Shown here one piece after another: positions 19,874-30,152 of a stretch of DNA of 64,000 nt (positions are counted from its first letter, which is position 1; each line of letters opens with the position of its first letter). Both the position numbers and the translations under genes were made by a program. The notes under the pieces were generated by a model that made no database searches, was not told the origin of the DNA, and saw only the letters and a list, made by a program, of their open reading frames with translations. This DNA comes from Alphaproteobacteria bacterium (GTDB taxonomy: Bacteria; Pseudomonadota; Alphaproteobacteria; SP197): positions 1,216,001 through 1,280,000 of the forward strand of contig OZ245842.1 of NCBI GenBank assembly GCA_965228895.1, given 5' to 3'.

Positions 19874-20245
19874 ACATCAATGACTTAGATGGCGTCCTAG
19901 AAGGAACTCGTCGGGAACGAGTTGAACGTGAGCTCATCCGACGACGATTCCGACAGCAAGAAATCCGACTATAATGATGGGAAGACGTAAGAGGACCTGA
20001 TCGTCTCTGCCGGCGTTTCGCTTCCCAATCCTGCTTCTGCACATAGGCGCTGCCGCCATCGCCGCCTTTTGCGGAGGACGGAGCTTCTTTCCGCGGCGTT
20101 GTCGAGTTATCAATGGCAAAACTCCAACATTCAGGAATGGCCGTTGGAGCGGTATCGGCTCGGCTAAACCTAATGGACAGAAAGTCTGCCGTAATGCACC
20201 AGGAAGTACTTTGGTGCGGCGGTGGTGCGACGTATCATCAGCAAC

Positions 20246-20959
20246 ATGACAAGGTGCACAGCCCCAAAACGTGGTCATCGCACGGCCAGCGGCCGAGCGA
20301 ACTGCCCCAGATGCGGTGGCCGTGGCGGCTATGGTGGTGGCTACGTGTCGTACACGACACCGGCCTACCGCCCGTCGCGCGGCGGCGGGAGTGGCCAGCG
20401 CATTGTCAGCGGGTCCGGCGGCGGCGCACGGTCCGGCGGCAGATCAAAGGCAAGCTGGTCGCGAGCAGGGTCCACCGTAACTTACACACCTGCCCAGATA
20501 CGGACACTCGAACCGGTCCGCCGCACCGTCGAGGTGAGAGCGCGTGAACCTGACCTTCGGGACGTCTTTCTATGCCATGCGTGGGACGACAGGAAAGGGG
20601 CTGCCAAGGAACTGTACGCCCTACTCCAATCGCTCGGTGTCTCGGTCTGGTTCAGCGAGCAGGACGTTCCCCTTGGCACGCCGTTGCTCCGCGAAATCGA
20701 CAGAGGACTGGCCAGGTCACGCGTCGGGATCGTATTGGTGACGCCCAATCTGCTGAGTCGTCTTGAAGGAGAGAGCATCGCCGACAAGGAGCTTTCGGTG
20801 CTCCTGCAGCGTGACTTACTCGTCCCCGTCGTGCACGACACGACGTATGAAGATCTCCGCGAAGTTAGCCCCATGCTCGCCTCGCGAAGCGGGTTGAGCA
20901 CTGCAGAAGAGACGATGCCAAACGTAGCGGCCAAGCTCGCCGAACTGGTCGACGTTTAA
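20246..20959 (+). CDS. TIR-domain protein with N-terminal C-x6-H-x8-C-x2-C motif and Gly/Arg-rich linker
   Basis: RDVFLCHAWDD, GVSVWF, IDRGLARSRVGIVLVTP, KEL (putative catalytic Glu), LVPVVH. Confidence 0.85.
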   Translation: MTRCTAPKRGHRTASGRANCPRCGGRGGYGGGYVSYTTPAYRPSRGGGSGQRIVSGSGGGARSGGRSKASWSRAGSTVTYTPAQIRTLEPVRRTVEVRAREPDLRDVFLCHAWDDRKGAAKELYALLQSLGVSVWFSEQDVPLGTPLLREIDRGLARSRVGIVLVTPNLLSRLEGESIADKELSVLLQRDLLVPVVHDTTYEDLREVSPMLASRSGLSTAEETMPNVAAKLAELVDV

Positions 20960-21096
20960 CTTCGTTACCGTGGTGGCCGTGCCGGTGTCGCACGGGCGCG
21001 CCGGTGCAACCCTCCTGTGCGCTGCCGCATCGCTGTTGGCAATACTCCAATGTTCCGGTTTGGCCAGTTACTGACCGTTCTGTCGAATGGAGGGGT

Positions 21097-21371
21097 ATGG
21101 CGGTACTGTTGGTTGGATACGATCTGCGCAAGCCGGGTCGCGAATACGAAAACTCTATGCCGAGATCAGGAAACACGAACATTGCCCTGCGCTGGACTCG
21201 ATGTGTTTAATCGACACTAAACAAGGCCCGGCAGAGGTCAGGGATGCGCTATGCAAAGTCGTCGACAAGAACGATCAGCTCTACGTCATGCGTCTGCAAA
21301 AGCACTGGGCCGCATGCCGCACCGATCCTTGTACCGAGTGGCTAAAGAGCTCGAAGCGTTCGTGGGACTAG
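21097..21371 (+). pseudogene. Frameshifted small Cas2/VapD-like ('SinR family'-annotated type) protein
   Basis: GGAGGG RBS and ATG give MAVLLVGYDLRKPGREYE; after a -1 shift at the A4 run (21149-21152) it continues KLYAEIRK..LDSMCLI..EVRDAL..VDKNDQLYV..W. Confidence 0.6.
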
Positions 21372-21408
21372 CGGCCTGCCAAGAGGCTGGTCCGGCTATC
21401 CAACCAAT

Positions 21409-22038
21409 TCATGGCCAGGCGGCGACAAACGAGAGGTTGACGTTAAAGTTGGCGGCAAGGCTCGTTGCAACGTCGTCTGCTTGACGACCGACTGTTTCCA
21501 AGAGTCTCATCAGTGCGGGGATAGATGTCAGTCCATCTTGGGGATCAAGCTTAGCGCAGCTGTCGATCAAGCGTGACAGTGTCTCGAGATGGCCCCGGAA
21601 TTCGGCAAACGCGAAGACCGCTGGATGATCAAGGCTGCCCAAAGCTGAGTATATTTCTGGGCCATAGATTGTGAGCGGCGGCGGACGCAGCGACTCTACG
21701 GCATGAGACCAGGCTAGTTGATTTTGGCTTAATGCGTTCCAGTTCGGCGGATTGTCACAGGAGTTGAAGATCCACGTCCGGATGGCCGTCACTTCGCCAG
21801 CAAGTGCCTTTGCCAGCGAACGCCGGTCATGCTTGACCTTTTCGCGATGGACCAAATAGACAGTATACACCGCGCTGATCAAGCCGATTGCCGCAGCCGC
21901 AATGCCTCCAAAAGGCTGGACAGCTTCTGTCCACGGTACGATCCCTACCAAGATAAGGATCACCAAGACAAGACAGGTTGTGCCAAGAAGTGATACGCCA
22001 ATCACAAATGACGCGGATAGGTAATCTGGCTTTGTCAA
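21409..22038 (-). CDS. Hypothetical membrane protein (2 N-terminal TM)
   Basis: 209-aa ORF; TTG start after GGAGAG; RRSLAKALAGEV follows the TMs. Confidence 0.65.
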   Translation of the reverse strand: MTKPDYLSASFVIGVSLLGTTCLVLVILILVGIVPWTEAVQPFGGIAAAAIGLISAVYTVYLVHREKVKHDRRSLAKALAGEVTAIRTWIFNSCDNPPNWNALSQNQLAWSHAVESLRPPPLTIYGPEIYSALGSLDHPAVFAFAEFRGHLETLSRLIDSCAKLDPQDGLTSIPALMRLLETVGRQADDVATSLAANFNVNLSFVAAWP

Positions 22039-22179
22039 TGAACTCTCCGCTTACCCATGAACGTTTCCATTAGGATGCCGCCGCCATAACGCGCCGGTGT
22101 CAGATCCGTCTGGCGCAACCACATCTCTGCGCGGAGAGGGGAGTCGCCCTGTCGAAAGTGCGACGAGATTGGTTTGCTA

Positions 22180-23172
22180 TCACGGCTGATCAGTGGCCTC
22201 GGCGTCAGTGCTTACCAACCCCAACGTGTTCACCCGAAGAAGATGAAGAAGATCCTCGACTGCCGCAATGTTCTGCATCGCGGCAGATGACTCCTGAAGT
22301 ACGTAGTCTTCGGTCCAGTCGATTGGCAATCTCGCACTCAGAGGGCGCGACAAAATGTCACTATGCCGCTCAGAGAATTCTCTAAGCCGGGCGAGAAAGT
22401 CCTCGCGGTCTTTTGGCAGAAGTAAGTGCATTGGGGAGCTGCTAATCGCTGCGTCAAGGAATGTTTGCCCTGTGATCTCCGGTTCACTCGCGCCTACGGT
22501 AATGTTGTCGATATGCTGAGCGATTACCTCGTCTAAAGTGGCGCGTGGATCCCCGGCCGTGGTCCACCCACTTCCGCGCCACATCAACCAGAAAACAGGC
22601 ATCCCTTCGCTTTGTTCGTCCATCAATCTGCGGACTTCTTGCCAATCTTCTTGGCTGCGTGCTTCGAGGATCAACTCCTCATAGCTGGCCGCCCTCTCCA
22701 ACCAATCCAAGTCTGCCGGCAAAGAGGCGAGTTGTTGGATTCTCGTGCGTTGTGCGTCTAGGTTTCTTCGAAGATTCTCAATGATATCGTCAACGACAAT
22801 CGCCATGAGCTGATCGAGGTACGTGCGGCGGTCTTGTTCAATGCTGGCAAGATCAAGCATTGCTGCATCAGCCTGCGCCTTCAGATTAGCCAGTTCATCG
22901 CTGATTGCCTGTCGTTCCGCTTCAGTTTGGTGCACCTCAACCTGCAGCTCTTCGAGACGCGCTCGCATGCCGCTCACTTCATCGCGGAGCTGCCGGCGCT
23001 CCTGTCGCAAATCGACAACTTCTTCCCTTGCGTCAGCGATGTCGGTCTGAAGTTGGCGAACTAGTGCATCCGGCAAGCTAGTGAAGATCAAAGCCCACGC
23101 AGCCATACAAGCAACAGCTAGCGTAGAGACTGCTGCAATGCCATTGAAGACTGTGTCAATGGTTCGTCCCAT
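22180..23172 (-). CDS. Hypothetical TM-anchored coiled-coil protein
   Basis: 330 aa; N-terminal TM then a long heptad-rich region (LQTDIADAREEVVDLRQERRQLRDEV...). Confidence 0.7.
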   Translation of the reverse strand: MGRTIDTVFNGIAAVSTLAVACMAAWALIFTSLPDALVRQLQTDIADAREEVVDLRQERRQLRDEVSGMRARLEELQVEVHQTEAERQAISDELANLKAQADAAMLDLASIEQDRRTYLDQLMAIVVDDIIENLRRNLDAQRTRIQQLASLPADLDWLERAASYEELILEARSQEDWQEVRRLMDEQSEGMPVFWLMWRGSGWTTAGDPRATLDEVIAQHIDNITVGASEPEITGQTFLDAAISSSPMHLLLPKDREDFLARLREFSERHSDILSRPLSARLPIDWTEDYVLQESSAAMQNIAAVEDLLHLLRVNTLGLVSTDAEATDQP

Positions 23173-23281
23173 CTAGGCAACGTAGGCGCAAAATCTAGGC
23201 TTGAATAGCGCGATGGTTGAGTGGGGGTAGTTCTTCGAGGCGACCCAGTGTCATTGCAACCAGTACGAGAATCGTTAGGCT

Positions 23282-23830
23282 GTGGCTATGTCCGACCGCC
23301 AGCAGATTGTGGATGAGTTCTGGAAAGAATGGGAAGCTAGCCAACGCCCCATTCGTGATGTCATTCGATTGTCTGAGGAGGCAGCGCTAGAGTTCTCAAA
23401 GTTAGGTATCAGGTCGCTTCTGCTCTTGAATGGCGGGGCACTGATTGCGCTTCCAGCCTTCGCAACGTTCAGCGGAACACCCGACAAAGAGCTCATGTTC
23501 TGGTCCGTTGCGTCGTTCGCAGTTGGGCTAGTCACCTGCATGATTGGCCTTCTGCTCGCCTACTACACCGTTGCTTATCAGGGAGGTGGTCGAAGGATGC
23601 ATGCACTAGAAGTCGCGGCTGGCTTTGAAGCGAGGCATCATCCTGATAGAGCCGAGGAGAAACTTCGTGAGGAGAGTGAAGCTGCAGAAAAGGTTAAGTC
23701 GTACAATAGAAAGGGCGAGGGGTGTCGAATAGCGGCCATCGTTTTCTTGTTTTTGTCGCTAGGTGGGTTCGTGTCCGGGATTGTGTTCGGCCTCGGTGCG
23801 ATGTGGCCGGAAACTGCTGGTGCTTCGTGA
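23282..23830 (+). CDS. Hypothetical 3-TM membrane protein
   Basis: IRSLLLLNGGALIAL motif and three hydrophobic segments. Confidence 0.7.
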   Translation: MAMSDRQQIVDEFWKEWEASQRPIRDVIRLSEEAALEFSKLGIRSLLLLNGGALIALPAFATFSGTPDKELMFWSVASFAVGLVTCMIGLLLAYYTVAYQGGGRRMHALEVAAGFEARHHPDRAEEKLREESEAAEKVKSYNRKGEGCRIAAIVFLFLSLGGFVSGIVFGLGAMWPETAGAS

Positions 23831-23834
23831 AGAA

Positions 23835-25004
23835 CTACGCTCGGTAGACTCCCGCCCCGGGACCCCATCGCAGCTTGTCGCGGCTGAGTTCGTTGATGGA
23901 CCGCACGCCCATCAGCCGCATGTCGCGTTCGATCTCGGCCTGCAGCAGACCGAGCGCGCGTTCGACGCCGGACTGGCCGGCGGCGGCGAGGGGATAGAGA
24001 TAGGCGCGGCCGATGCCGACGGCCTTGGCGCCCATCGATAACGCCTTCAAGACATGGGTGCCGCGCTGGACGCCGCCGTCCATCAGCACATCGATCTGGT
24101 CGCCGACCGCGTCGACAATTTCACCCAGTTGATCGAAGGGGGTCCGCGAGCCGTCGAGCTGACGGCCACCGTGGTTCGACAGGATGATTCCGGTGCAGCC
24201 GATCGCCACGGCGCGCTTGGCGTCCTCGACCGACATCAGACCCTTCAGGCAGAACTGGCCGTCCCATTGGCGCACCATCTGGGCGACGTCGTCCCAGTCC
24301 ATCGCCGGGTCGAGCATCTCGGTGAAGTATTCGCCGATCGAGACGGCACCGCCGCTCATGTCGACGTGTTCGTCGAGCTGCGGCAGCCGGAAGCGCTCGT
24401 GCGTCATGTAGTTCAGGCCCCATGCCGGTTTCATGGCGAACTGGAGCATGGCGCCCGGCGTCAGCTTCATGGGGATCGTAAAGCCCGTGCGCAGATCGCG
24501 TTCGCGGTTGCCGCCGGTGATCGAGTCGACGGTCAGCATCATGACGTCGATGCCCGATGCCTTCGCGCGCTCCAGCATGGCGCTGTTCAGGCCGCGGTCC
24601 TTGTGGAAGTAGAACTGGTAGGCCTGGGGCGTCGCGTAGGCCGTGCGCAGTTCTTCGAGGCTCACCGTGCCCAGCGAGGAAACGCCGAACAAGGTGCCGA
24701 ACTTGGAGGCCGCCGCGCCGACGGCGCGTTCGCCACGGTGGTGGAACAGGCGCTGCAGGGCGGTCGGCGAGCAGTAGATCGGCATCGCAAGCTTCTGGCC
24801 CAGCACCTGGACCGACATGTCGATCTCCTTGACGCCGCGCAGCACGTCCGGGACCAGATCGACGGCCTCGAAGCTCGCCGTGTTCTTGCGGTACGTCACC
24901 TCGTCATCCGCCGCCCCGTCGATATAGTTGAAGATGGGACCGGGGAGCCGGCGACGCGCGAGTTCTCGGAAGTCATGGAAGTTGTGACAGTCGATCAGGC
25001 GCAT
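23835..25004 (-). CDS. lldD: FMN-dependent alpha-hydroxy acid dehydrogenase (L-lactate dehydrogenase)
   Basis: FNYIDGAADDE, GNRERD, LKG, SNHGGRQLDG, DGGVQRG, GRAYLY. Confidence 0.9.
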   Translation of the reverse strand: MRLIDCHNFHDFRELARRRLPGPIFNYIDGAADDEVTYRKNTASFEAVDLVPDVLRGVKEIDMSVQVLGQKLAMPIYCSPTALQRLFHHRGERAVGAAASKFGTLFGVSSLGTVSLEELRTAYATPQAYQFYFHKDRGLNSAMLERAKASGIDVMMLTVDSITGGNRERDLRTGFTIPMKLTPGAMLQFAMKPAWGLNYMTHERFRLPQLDEHVDMSGGAVSIGEYFTEMLDPAMDWDDVAQMVRQWDGQFCLKGLMSVEDAKRAVAIGCTGIILSNHGGRQLDGSRTPFDQLGEIVDAVGDQIDVLMDGGVQRGTHVLKALSMGAKAVGIGRAYLYPLAAAGQSGVERALGLLQAEIERDMRLMGVRSINELSRDKLRWGPGAGVYRA

Positions 25005-25352
25005 GGCGCTATCTCATGGACATTCGGCTGCTTGGCCATGCGGCCATCGGCGGTTTCACGATACCCGAATGTAGCCGCCAAGGCATCGATCCGTTACGTC
25101 AAGGGGGGCGGGCGCGGAGAAGGCACGTCATGCCGATAACGTCCGCGACCACTTTGTGGTGCTGCCGGCCAATATGTTCAGGTGCGGCCAGCGCGCCGAC
25201 AAGGATGGCTTCAGCCCGAGTTTTGATGTCTGCAAAGACGGGTTTGATCAGACCGGCGCTCGGCCACCGCAATCCGTGACCGATGTCGAAAAACCCCGTC
25301 GGTCGACTTCTGCAAGCGGGCAGCGAACGCCTTCGGGCCTTCCGCCTTGGCG

Positions 25353-26498
25353 TCAGCGCGGAATGACGATGCAGTCCAACTGACGTTCGTGCAGTTGCTG
25401 GCAGAACGTGTCCGCATCGCTCGCGGACTCGAAGGGGCCTGCTTGGAGCCGATAGAACGTTCCGGACTCCAGCGATGCACTTTCGACCATGGGCTGCAGG
25501 TCCGCGAGCATATCACCGTGGACGGCCTGAAGCTCAGACCACGCTTCGTTGGCGCGCTCTTCGGAGCCATAGGCCGCAAGCTGCACCCGCGTTCCCTTCG
25601 GCGGGGCGGCAATCGTGGCGGATTTCGTCGCGGCACCTTCGGTGTTGCTGGCGACGACCAGATCGCTGCTGGTTGTCGCCGGCGGCGCCTCATCCGTGGC
25701 CGATGGCGAGACGACACCGTTCGCCAGAGACACGCCGGCGGTCGACGCGGAAATTTCCAGGGCGGCGAGTGCCGTCGGCTTGACCTCTGACCAATAAGGC
25801 GACACTGCGCTGTCTGCCGCGTTCAGCCAAGGCATGTCGACGCTGCCCTCGGGTTTGAAGGCGGCCACGATCATCTCGCTCTCAGAAGAACCGAGGCTTA
25901 GCTCGCCAACTGTCGTGTCGAGCGCAACCGGCTCGATCGCCGTTATCGCGGGCATATCGAAATCCGCGCCGAAGCCGCCAAAGGAAACGAGGGCTGGCGA
26001 TAGCGAAGCGGCACCATCGTCCGTGGCAATCGTGTCTTCCGTTTCTTGACCAATCAGTGTGTCGGCGAGCGCCTCGGGCGCGCCGGCATCCACGGCGGTC
26101 GGTGACGCTTCATCAGGCATCGCGCTGCTATCGGCTGCGGACGCGACAACCGTGCCGCCAGCCTCGTCGTCGGAGCCCGAACCACCAACAATCAACAGGG
26201 CAACGGCAATGATGACGGCGGCAAGAGCGCCGCCGCCAACAACCAACGGGTTCTTGAGGTTGAGCTGTCGGGTCGACGGCGCATCCTCGTTCTCCGGCTC
26301 GTGGCCGCCTTCCGTGCGGGCGCGCCGCTCGACCTCGGCCACGAAGTCCTTGGGCAGCGGAGAGGTGTTCTCGCTGGTGGCGCGCAGAACGCGCAAATCA
26401 GCGGGTTTGCCGGTATCACCGATGGTTCGTGCTTCCTGTCCCATAGTGCCGTTCACCAGTCTGTTGGGCGCCCTCGAAGTCTCGTTGGACTTCAACAA
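25353..26498 (-). CDS. SPOR-domain membrane-anchored protein
   Basis: TM segment, acidic/Ala-rich linker, C-terminal VQLAAYGSEERANEAW..FYRLQAGPF..ADTFCQQL..C. Confidence 0.85.
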   Translation of the reverse strand: MLKSNETSRAPNRLVNGTMGQEARTIGDTGKPADLRVLRATSENTSPLPKDFVAEVERRARTEGGHEPENEDAPSTRQLNLKNPLVVGGGALAAVIIAVALLIVGGSGSDDEAGGTVVASAADSSAMPDEASPTAVDAGAPEALADTLIGQETEDTIATDDGAASLSPALVSFGGFGADFDMPAITAIEPVALDTTVGELSLGSSESEMIVAAFKPEGSVDMPWLNAADSAVSPYWSEVKPTALAALEISASTAGVSLANGVVSPSATDEAPPATTSSDLVVASNTEGAATKSATIAAPPKGTRVQLAAYGSEERANEAWSELQAVHGDMLADLQPMVESASLESGTFYRLQAGPFESASDADTFCQQLHERQLDCIVIPR

Positions 26499-26714
26499 CG
26501 AACTCTAATCCTTTGGAGGTAGAAATGTACCACGAAAGGATTAGGTTTTGTCCAATAAATGGCGACTTTTCTTGGTCGTCCGCGTATCAACCGTGGCGCG
26601 CTGCCAATTGACCACGGTCATGGGACGGTTGCGGCGCTACCCTCAAGATCTCTTGTGTGCAAGCGCTGGCTGCGCGGCGGCTTCTCGGAAACGGGATCTT
26701 GGGGCTGGTGGGCC

Positions 26715-27269
26715 TTAGTCGTCCTGTGACGACGATGGTTTGGCGCGGAAATCGGGCCAGCTCGCATCCTTGTCAGAGATTGTCGTGATCTCACCAGGCC
26801 ACTTTATGGCAAAGGTTGGGTCGTCCCAACGGAAGCCGCCTTCGCTGGCGGGCTCGTAGGCGGCAGAGACCATGTAGGCAACCGCGACATTGTCGCGCAT
26901 CGTCAGAAACCCGTGGGCAAGACCGCGTGGCACATAGATCTGCAGATGGTTGTCGTCGGTCAGCTCGACCCCCTGCCACTGAAGATAGGTCTTTGAGCCC
27001 GGGCGCAGATCGACAGTTACATCGTAGATCGCGCCCTTTGTGCATCTGACGACCTTGGCCTCTTCGTGGGGATTTTCTTGAAAGTGGATACCGCGCAGCG
27101 TGCCTTGCCGCGCGCTAAACGACGCGTTGGCCTGTACGAAGTTGGTTTCCAGACCGGCTTCGCGAAACGTCTCCTGGCAAAAGGTTCGTGAAAAGTAGCC
27201 CCGGTCGTCGCCGTGGGGGGCCGACTCAACAAGAACAGCGCCGGCAATCTGCATGGGATGAAATTTCAT
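26715..27269 (-). CDS. rfbC: dTDP-4-dehydrorhamnose 3,5-epimerase family protein
   Basis: DDRGYFSR, GTLRGIHFQ, DLRPGS, YVPRGLAHGF, WDDP, ISDKD. Confidence 0.92.
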   Translation of the reverse strand: MKFHPMQIAGAVLVESAPHGDDRGYFSRTFCQETFREAGLETNFVQANASFSARQGTLRGIHFQENPHEEAKVVRCTKGAIYDVTVDLRPGSKTYLQWQGVELTDDNHLQIYVPRGLAHGFLTMRDNVAVAYMVSAAYEPASEGGFRWDDPTFAIKWPGEITTISDKDASWPDFRAKPSSSQDD

Positions 27270-27674
27270 GGATGGGTGCGGTGGTTTGTTGGGCGTGGCG
27301 TCGGATTGGGCATTTCAGCCGCGATTGGGCCGAAAACCTCGGAAAATCGGTTCTCAAGCAGCCTTATCCCATTGAAATCGCGCCAAATCATGTCGGCCGT
27401 CACTAATCTGCACGGGTAAATCTCGCCTCTGTGACACCTATCAATAACAAGGGAACGGTGGATAACTATCTTATCTAAAGTGTTATGGAATTCGATTTCT
27501 CGCAACGACCTACCCTAAAGTGAGTGACGCAATCTGGGAAATCCGTTAGCCTTTTTGGACAAGTAGAACAAGAGACGTCTAAAGAGGGCACCATAACACA
27601 AAGTATTTGCTGAAGTTGTCGAGGTATCAGCAAAACAGAACATAATCGTCGCCCTAATATTGATGGGTTTTGAA

Positions 27675-27848
27675 ATGATCTATGTCGCTGCCTTCTTGAT
27701 TCTCGCTCCCTCGCTTGTTCTGGCGTTTGCACTGTGCCGCATGGCGGCCCGCTTCGGCAATGCCGAGCCGGGACAGGCAGTCTCGAAGCGAAGCACCGTC
27801 GTGAGTTTCCCCGATACGACGATCGAGCATCGGGACCGCGCCGCCTAG
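27675..27848 (+). CDS. Small single-TM protein
   Basis: 57 aa with a hydrophobic N-terminus (IYVAAFLILAPSLVLAFALC) downstream of an AT-rich promoter-like region. Confidence 0.4.
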   Translation: MIYVAAFLILAPSLVLAFALCRMAARFGNAEPGQAVSKRSTVVSFPDTTIEHRDRAA

Positions 27849-28039
27849 GCTCGACGTCCGCACGTAGCGCCATTCGGCAAAGCGACCGCTTTTTGCTCCG
27901 GCTCGGCTGGCAGTTGCCCGCGACCATTGATGATGGTGTTTGAGAAAACAAGTGGCCGCCACAAGGGCGGCCACAGGAACCAGTGTTGATATAGAGGCGG
28001 GGGTAATCGACCACCCGGCCTAGTAAGACCGTTGCCGCA

Positions 28040-29497
28040 TCAATAGGCGGTCGGATGCACCATCACCATTACGGTGCGAAGCAGAATTCGCAGATCAAGC
28101 GCCAGCGACCAGTTGTCGATGTAGTAGAGGTCGTGCTCGACCCGGGCGCGCATCTTGTCGATCGACCGTGTCTCACCACGCAAGGCGTTGACCTGGGCCC
28201 AGCCGGTAATGCCTGGCTTCAGCCGATGACGTCGGAAGTAGTCCTCAATCTGCTTGCCGTAGAGGTGATTGTGCGGCACGGCGTGAGGACGCGGTCCGAC
28301 CAGCGACATCTCACCCCTGAGCACGTTGAAAAGCTGCGGCAACTCATCAAGGCTGGAGCGGCGCAGGAACCAGCCGACCCGTGTCACACGGGGATCGGCC
28401 CGGCTTGCCTGCACCACGGTGCCCGACGCTTCGTCCGTATGCTGCATGCTTCGGAACTTGTAGACCGTGAAGGTCGAGTTGTTGAAACCATGCCGCATCT
28501 GGCGGAACAGCACCGGACCCCGGCTTTCGATCTTGATGGCCAGGGCAATGACCAGCAGCAGCGGTGCCACGGCAAGGGTAAGCAGTGAGCCGAGGACCAG
28601 ATCCTCGAGACGTTTGATCAACAGCGCCGAATCCGACAACGGTTTGGTGCTGAGGCGCCAGACGGGCAGGCCGCCGATTTGATGCGGCTCATAATCAAGC
28701 AGCTCTGGCGTCAGGCTCGGTGCCAGCACCAGGTGCAGGCATCGGCGCCGACAAAGATCAAGCCATGTTCTGACACGCGCGTCGTCACAGTGATTGACTG
28801 CCAGAATGACCCGATCGACGTCGGCCAGGGCCAGTTCCATCTCCGGCTCGATCGTGCCCGGGTGGCGCCGCTTGTCCATGATCACCATGCCAAGCTGGAC
28901 CTTGTCGTCCAAGGCTCTGCGGGCGATCCAGACGTTCTCAGGCGTCCCCACCAAGGCGATGTACTCGCCCATGCTGCCGTCGACGACCAGGCGGCGGCAC
29001 CAGCGTGCGAAAGCCATGCGCGCGGGCACGACCAGGATAAGGGCGCCGACGAACCAGTAGAAAACCCAAAGTCGCGAGTACTCAGCGCCGCTCTTGGTGA
29101 AGAACAGGAAGCCCAGAACAACCGTCATCGCGATCGACCACGCAGCGATCCACTTCATGGTGCTGCGATAAGGCGAGACGATCTGTTTTTCGCCGTAGAG
29201 CTTGAAGACTTCCGAACTCAGCAAAAGGGCCATGACAGCAATCATGACAAGGGCGATGTGCGGATCCGAAATGGCCAGTGTGTCGAACCTGATCAGGCTC
29301 GCTAGGCAGGCGCCGAGCAGCACCAAGGCGACATCAGAGAAACGGACGAACAGCTGGAATGACAACCAGTTGAACCTTCCGCCTCGCGGCTGGCGAAGGA
29401 CACGGACGTCATAGTCCGCGTCTTGTTTAACGGTAATGCTTTGCGAAACTTTATTGGGCTGGCCAAATCCCGATTGTTCTAATGAAACGAAGGTCAC
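28040..29497 (-). CDS. wcaJ: Undecaprenyl-phosphate glucose phosphotransferase (priming GT)
   Basis: 4 TM plus catalytic domain KRLEDL, GPVLFRQ, KFRSM, DPRVT, SLDELPQLFNVL.GEMSLVGPRP, KPGITGWAQV. Confidence 0.92.
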   Translation of the reverse strand: MTFVSLEQSGFGQPNKVSQSITVKQDADYDVRVLRQPRGGRFNWLSFQLFVRFSDVALVLLGACLASLIRFDTLAISDPHIALVMIAVMALLLSSEVFKLYGEKQIVSPYRSTMKWIAAWSIAMTVVLGFLFFTKSGAEYSRLWVFYWFVGALILVVPARMAFARWCRRLVVDGSMGEYIALVGTPENVWIARRALDDKVQLGMVIMDKRRHPGTIEPEMELALADVDRVILAVNHCDDARVRTWLDLCRRRCLHLVLAPSLTPELLDYEPHQIGGLPVWRLSTKPLSDSALLIKRLEDLVLGSLLTLAVAPLLLVIALAIKIESRGPVLFRQMRHGFNNSTFTVYKFRSMQHTDEASGTVVQASRADPRVTRVGWFLRRSSLDELPQLFNVLRGEMSLVGPRPHAVPHNHLYGKQIEDYFRRHRLKPGITGWAQVNALRGETRSIDKMRARVEHDLYYIDNWSLALDLRILLRTVMVMVHPTAY

Positions 29498-30152
29498 TCG
29501 TTTCCCCCCAATGATCTGTCAGGCGCCGTCCAAGCCAGGCCATGGTGTTACAACTCCGCGCCAGATTTTTCCTGCGGTGCCCTTGGGACATCAAGCGCCG
29601 CATTTGCTTACCCAACCATTCACGAGTCAAAAGTCGTGAGTCCTTATGGTTTCACTCTCGCGCTCGACGAACCTGAAACCTCGATCTCAGGGTCGTATCT
29701 TAACGGTCGTCAGGCGCTCAGAGCAATGGGCTTCATGATCTGATGCGTATTTGTCACATAAATCGTGTTTCGTCGTTACGTTACGTGTCATTGCCGCAAC
29801 ATGGCACGATGATGTCGAATGACAGACATTCATCGTGACGGTGCCGCAGACGATTGACTAAGTGGCACTTGGCAGCCTATCTTGCAAGAAAACCTTATGA
29901 AGTAACACTATCTATGTGATAATTTTAGACTTTAGTATGAGAGACGGGTGAGCCGAGACAACCCGTTTGATGTAGGTAGCCTTCTTGCGGCGAGTCGTTT
30001 TCTGCTCACCAGCAAGGGTCGAGACGACAAAGCCTTTGGGCTTGAACTGGTGTCGGATGCCGAAGTTGCCAATTTCGCGCCATAAACTGAGTAGAGGGTA
30101 TGTGGCACGAAACCAGGGACGGGTGTCGTGCCGCGGAGCAAAGGGTTTCGCC

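Noticed and set aside
19934-20278. 114-aa minus-strand ORF after attR
   Set aside because: No recognisable domain and overlaps the TIR promoter; at most a decayed gene fragment.
23825-23875. Island junction altering the lldD C-terminus (LRWGPGAGVYRA)
   Set aside because: The 4-bp convergent gap is suggestive, but no att or repeat is visible and it cannot be judged without orthologue alignment.
29870-29887. Sigma-54 promoter upstream of the EPS export operon
   Set aside because: GG and GC are separated by 11 nt, not the required 10.
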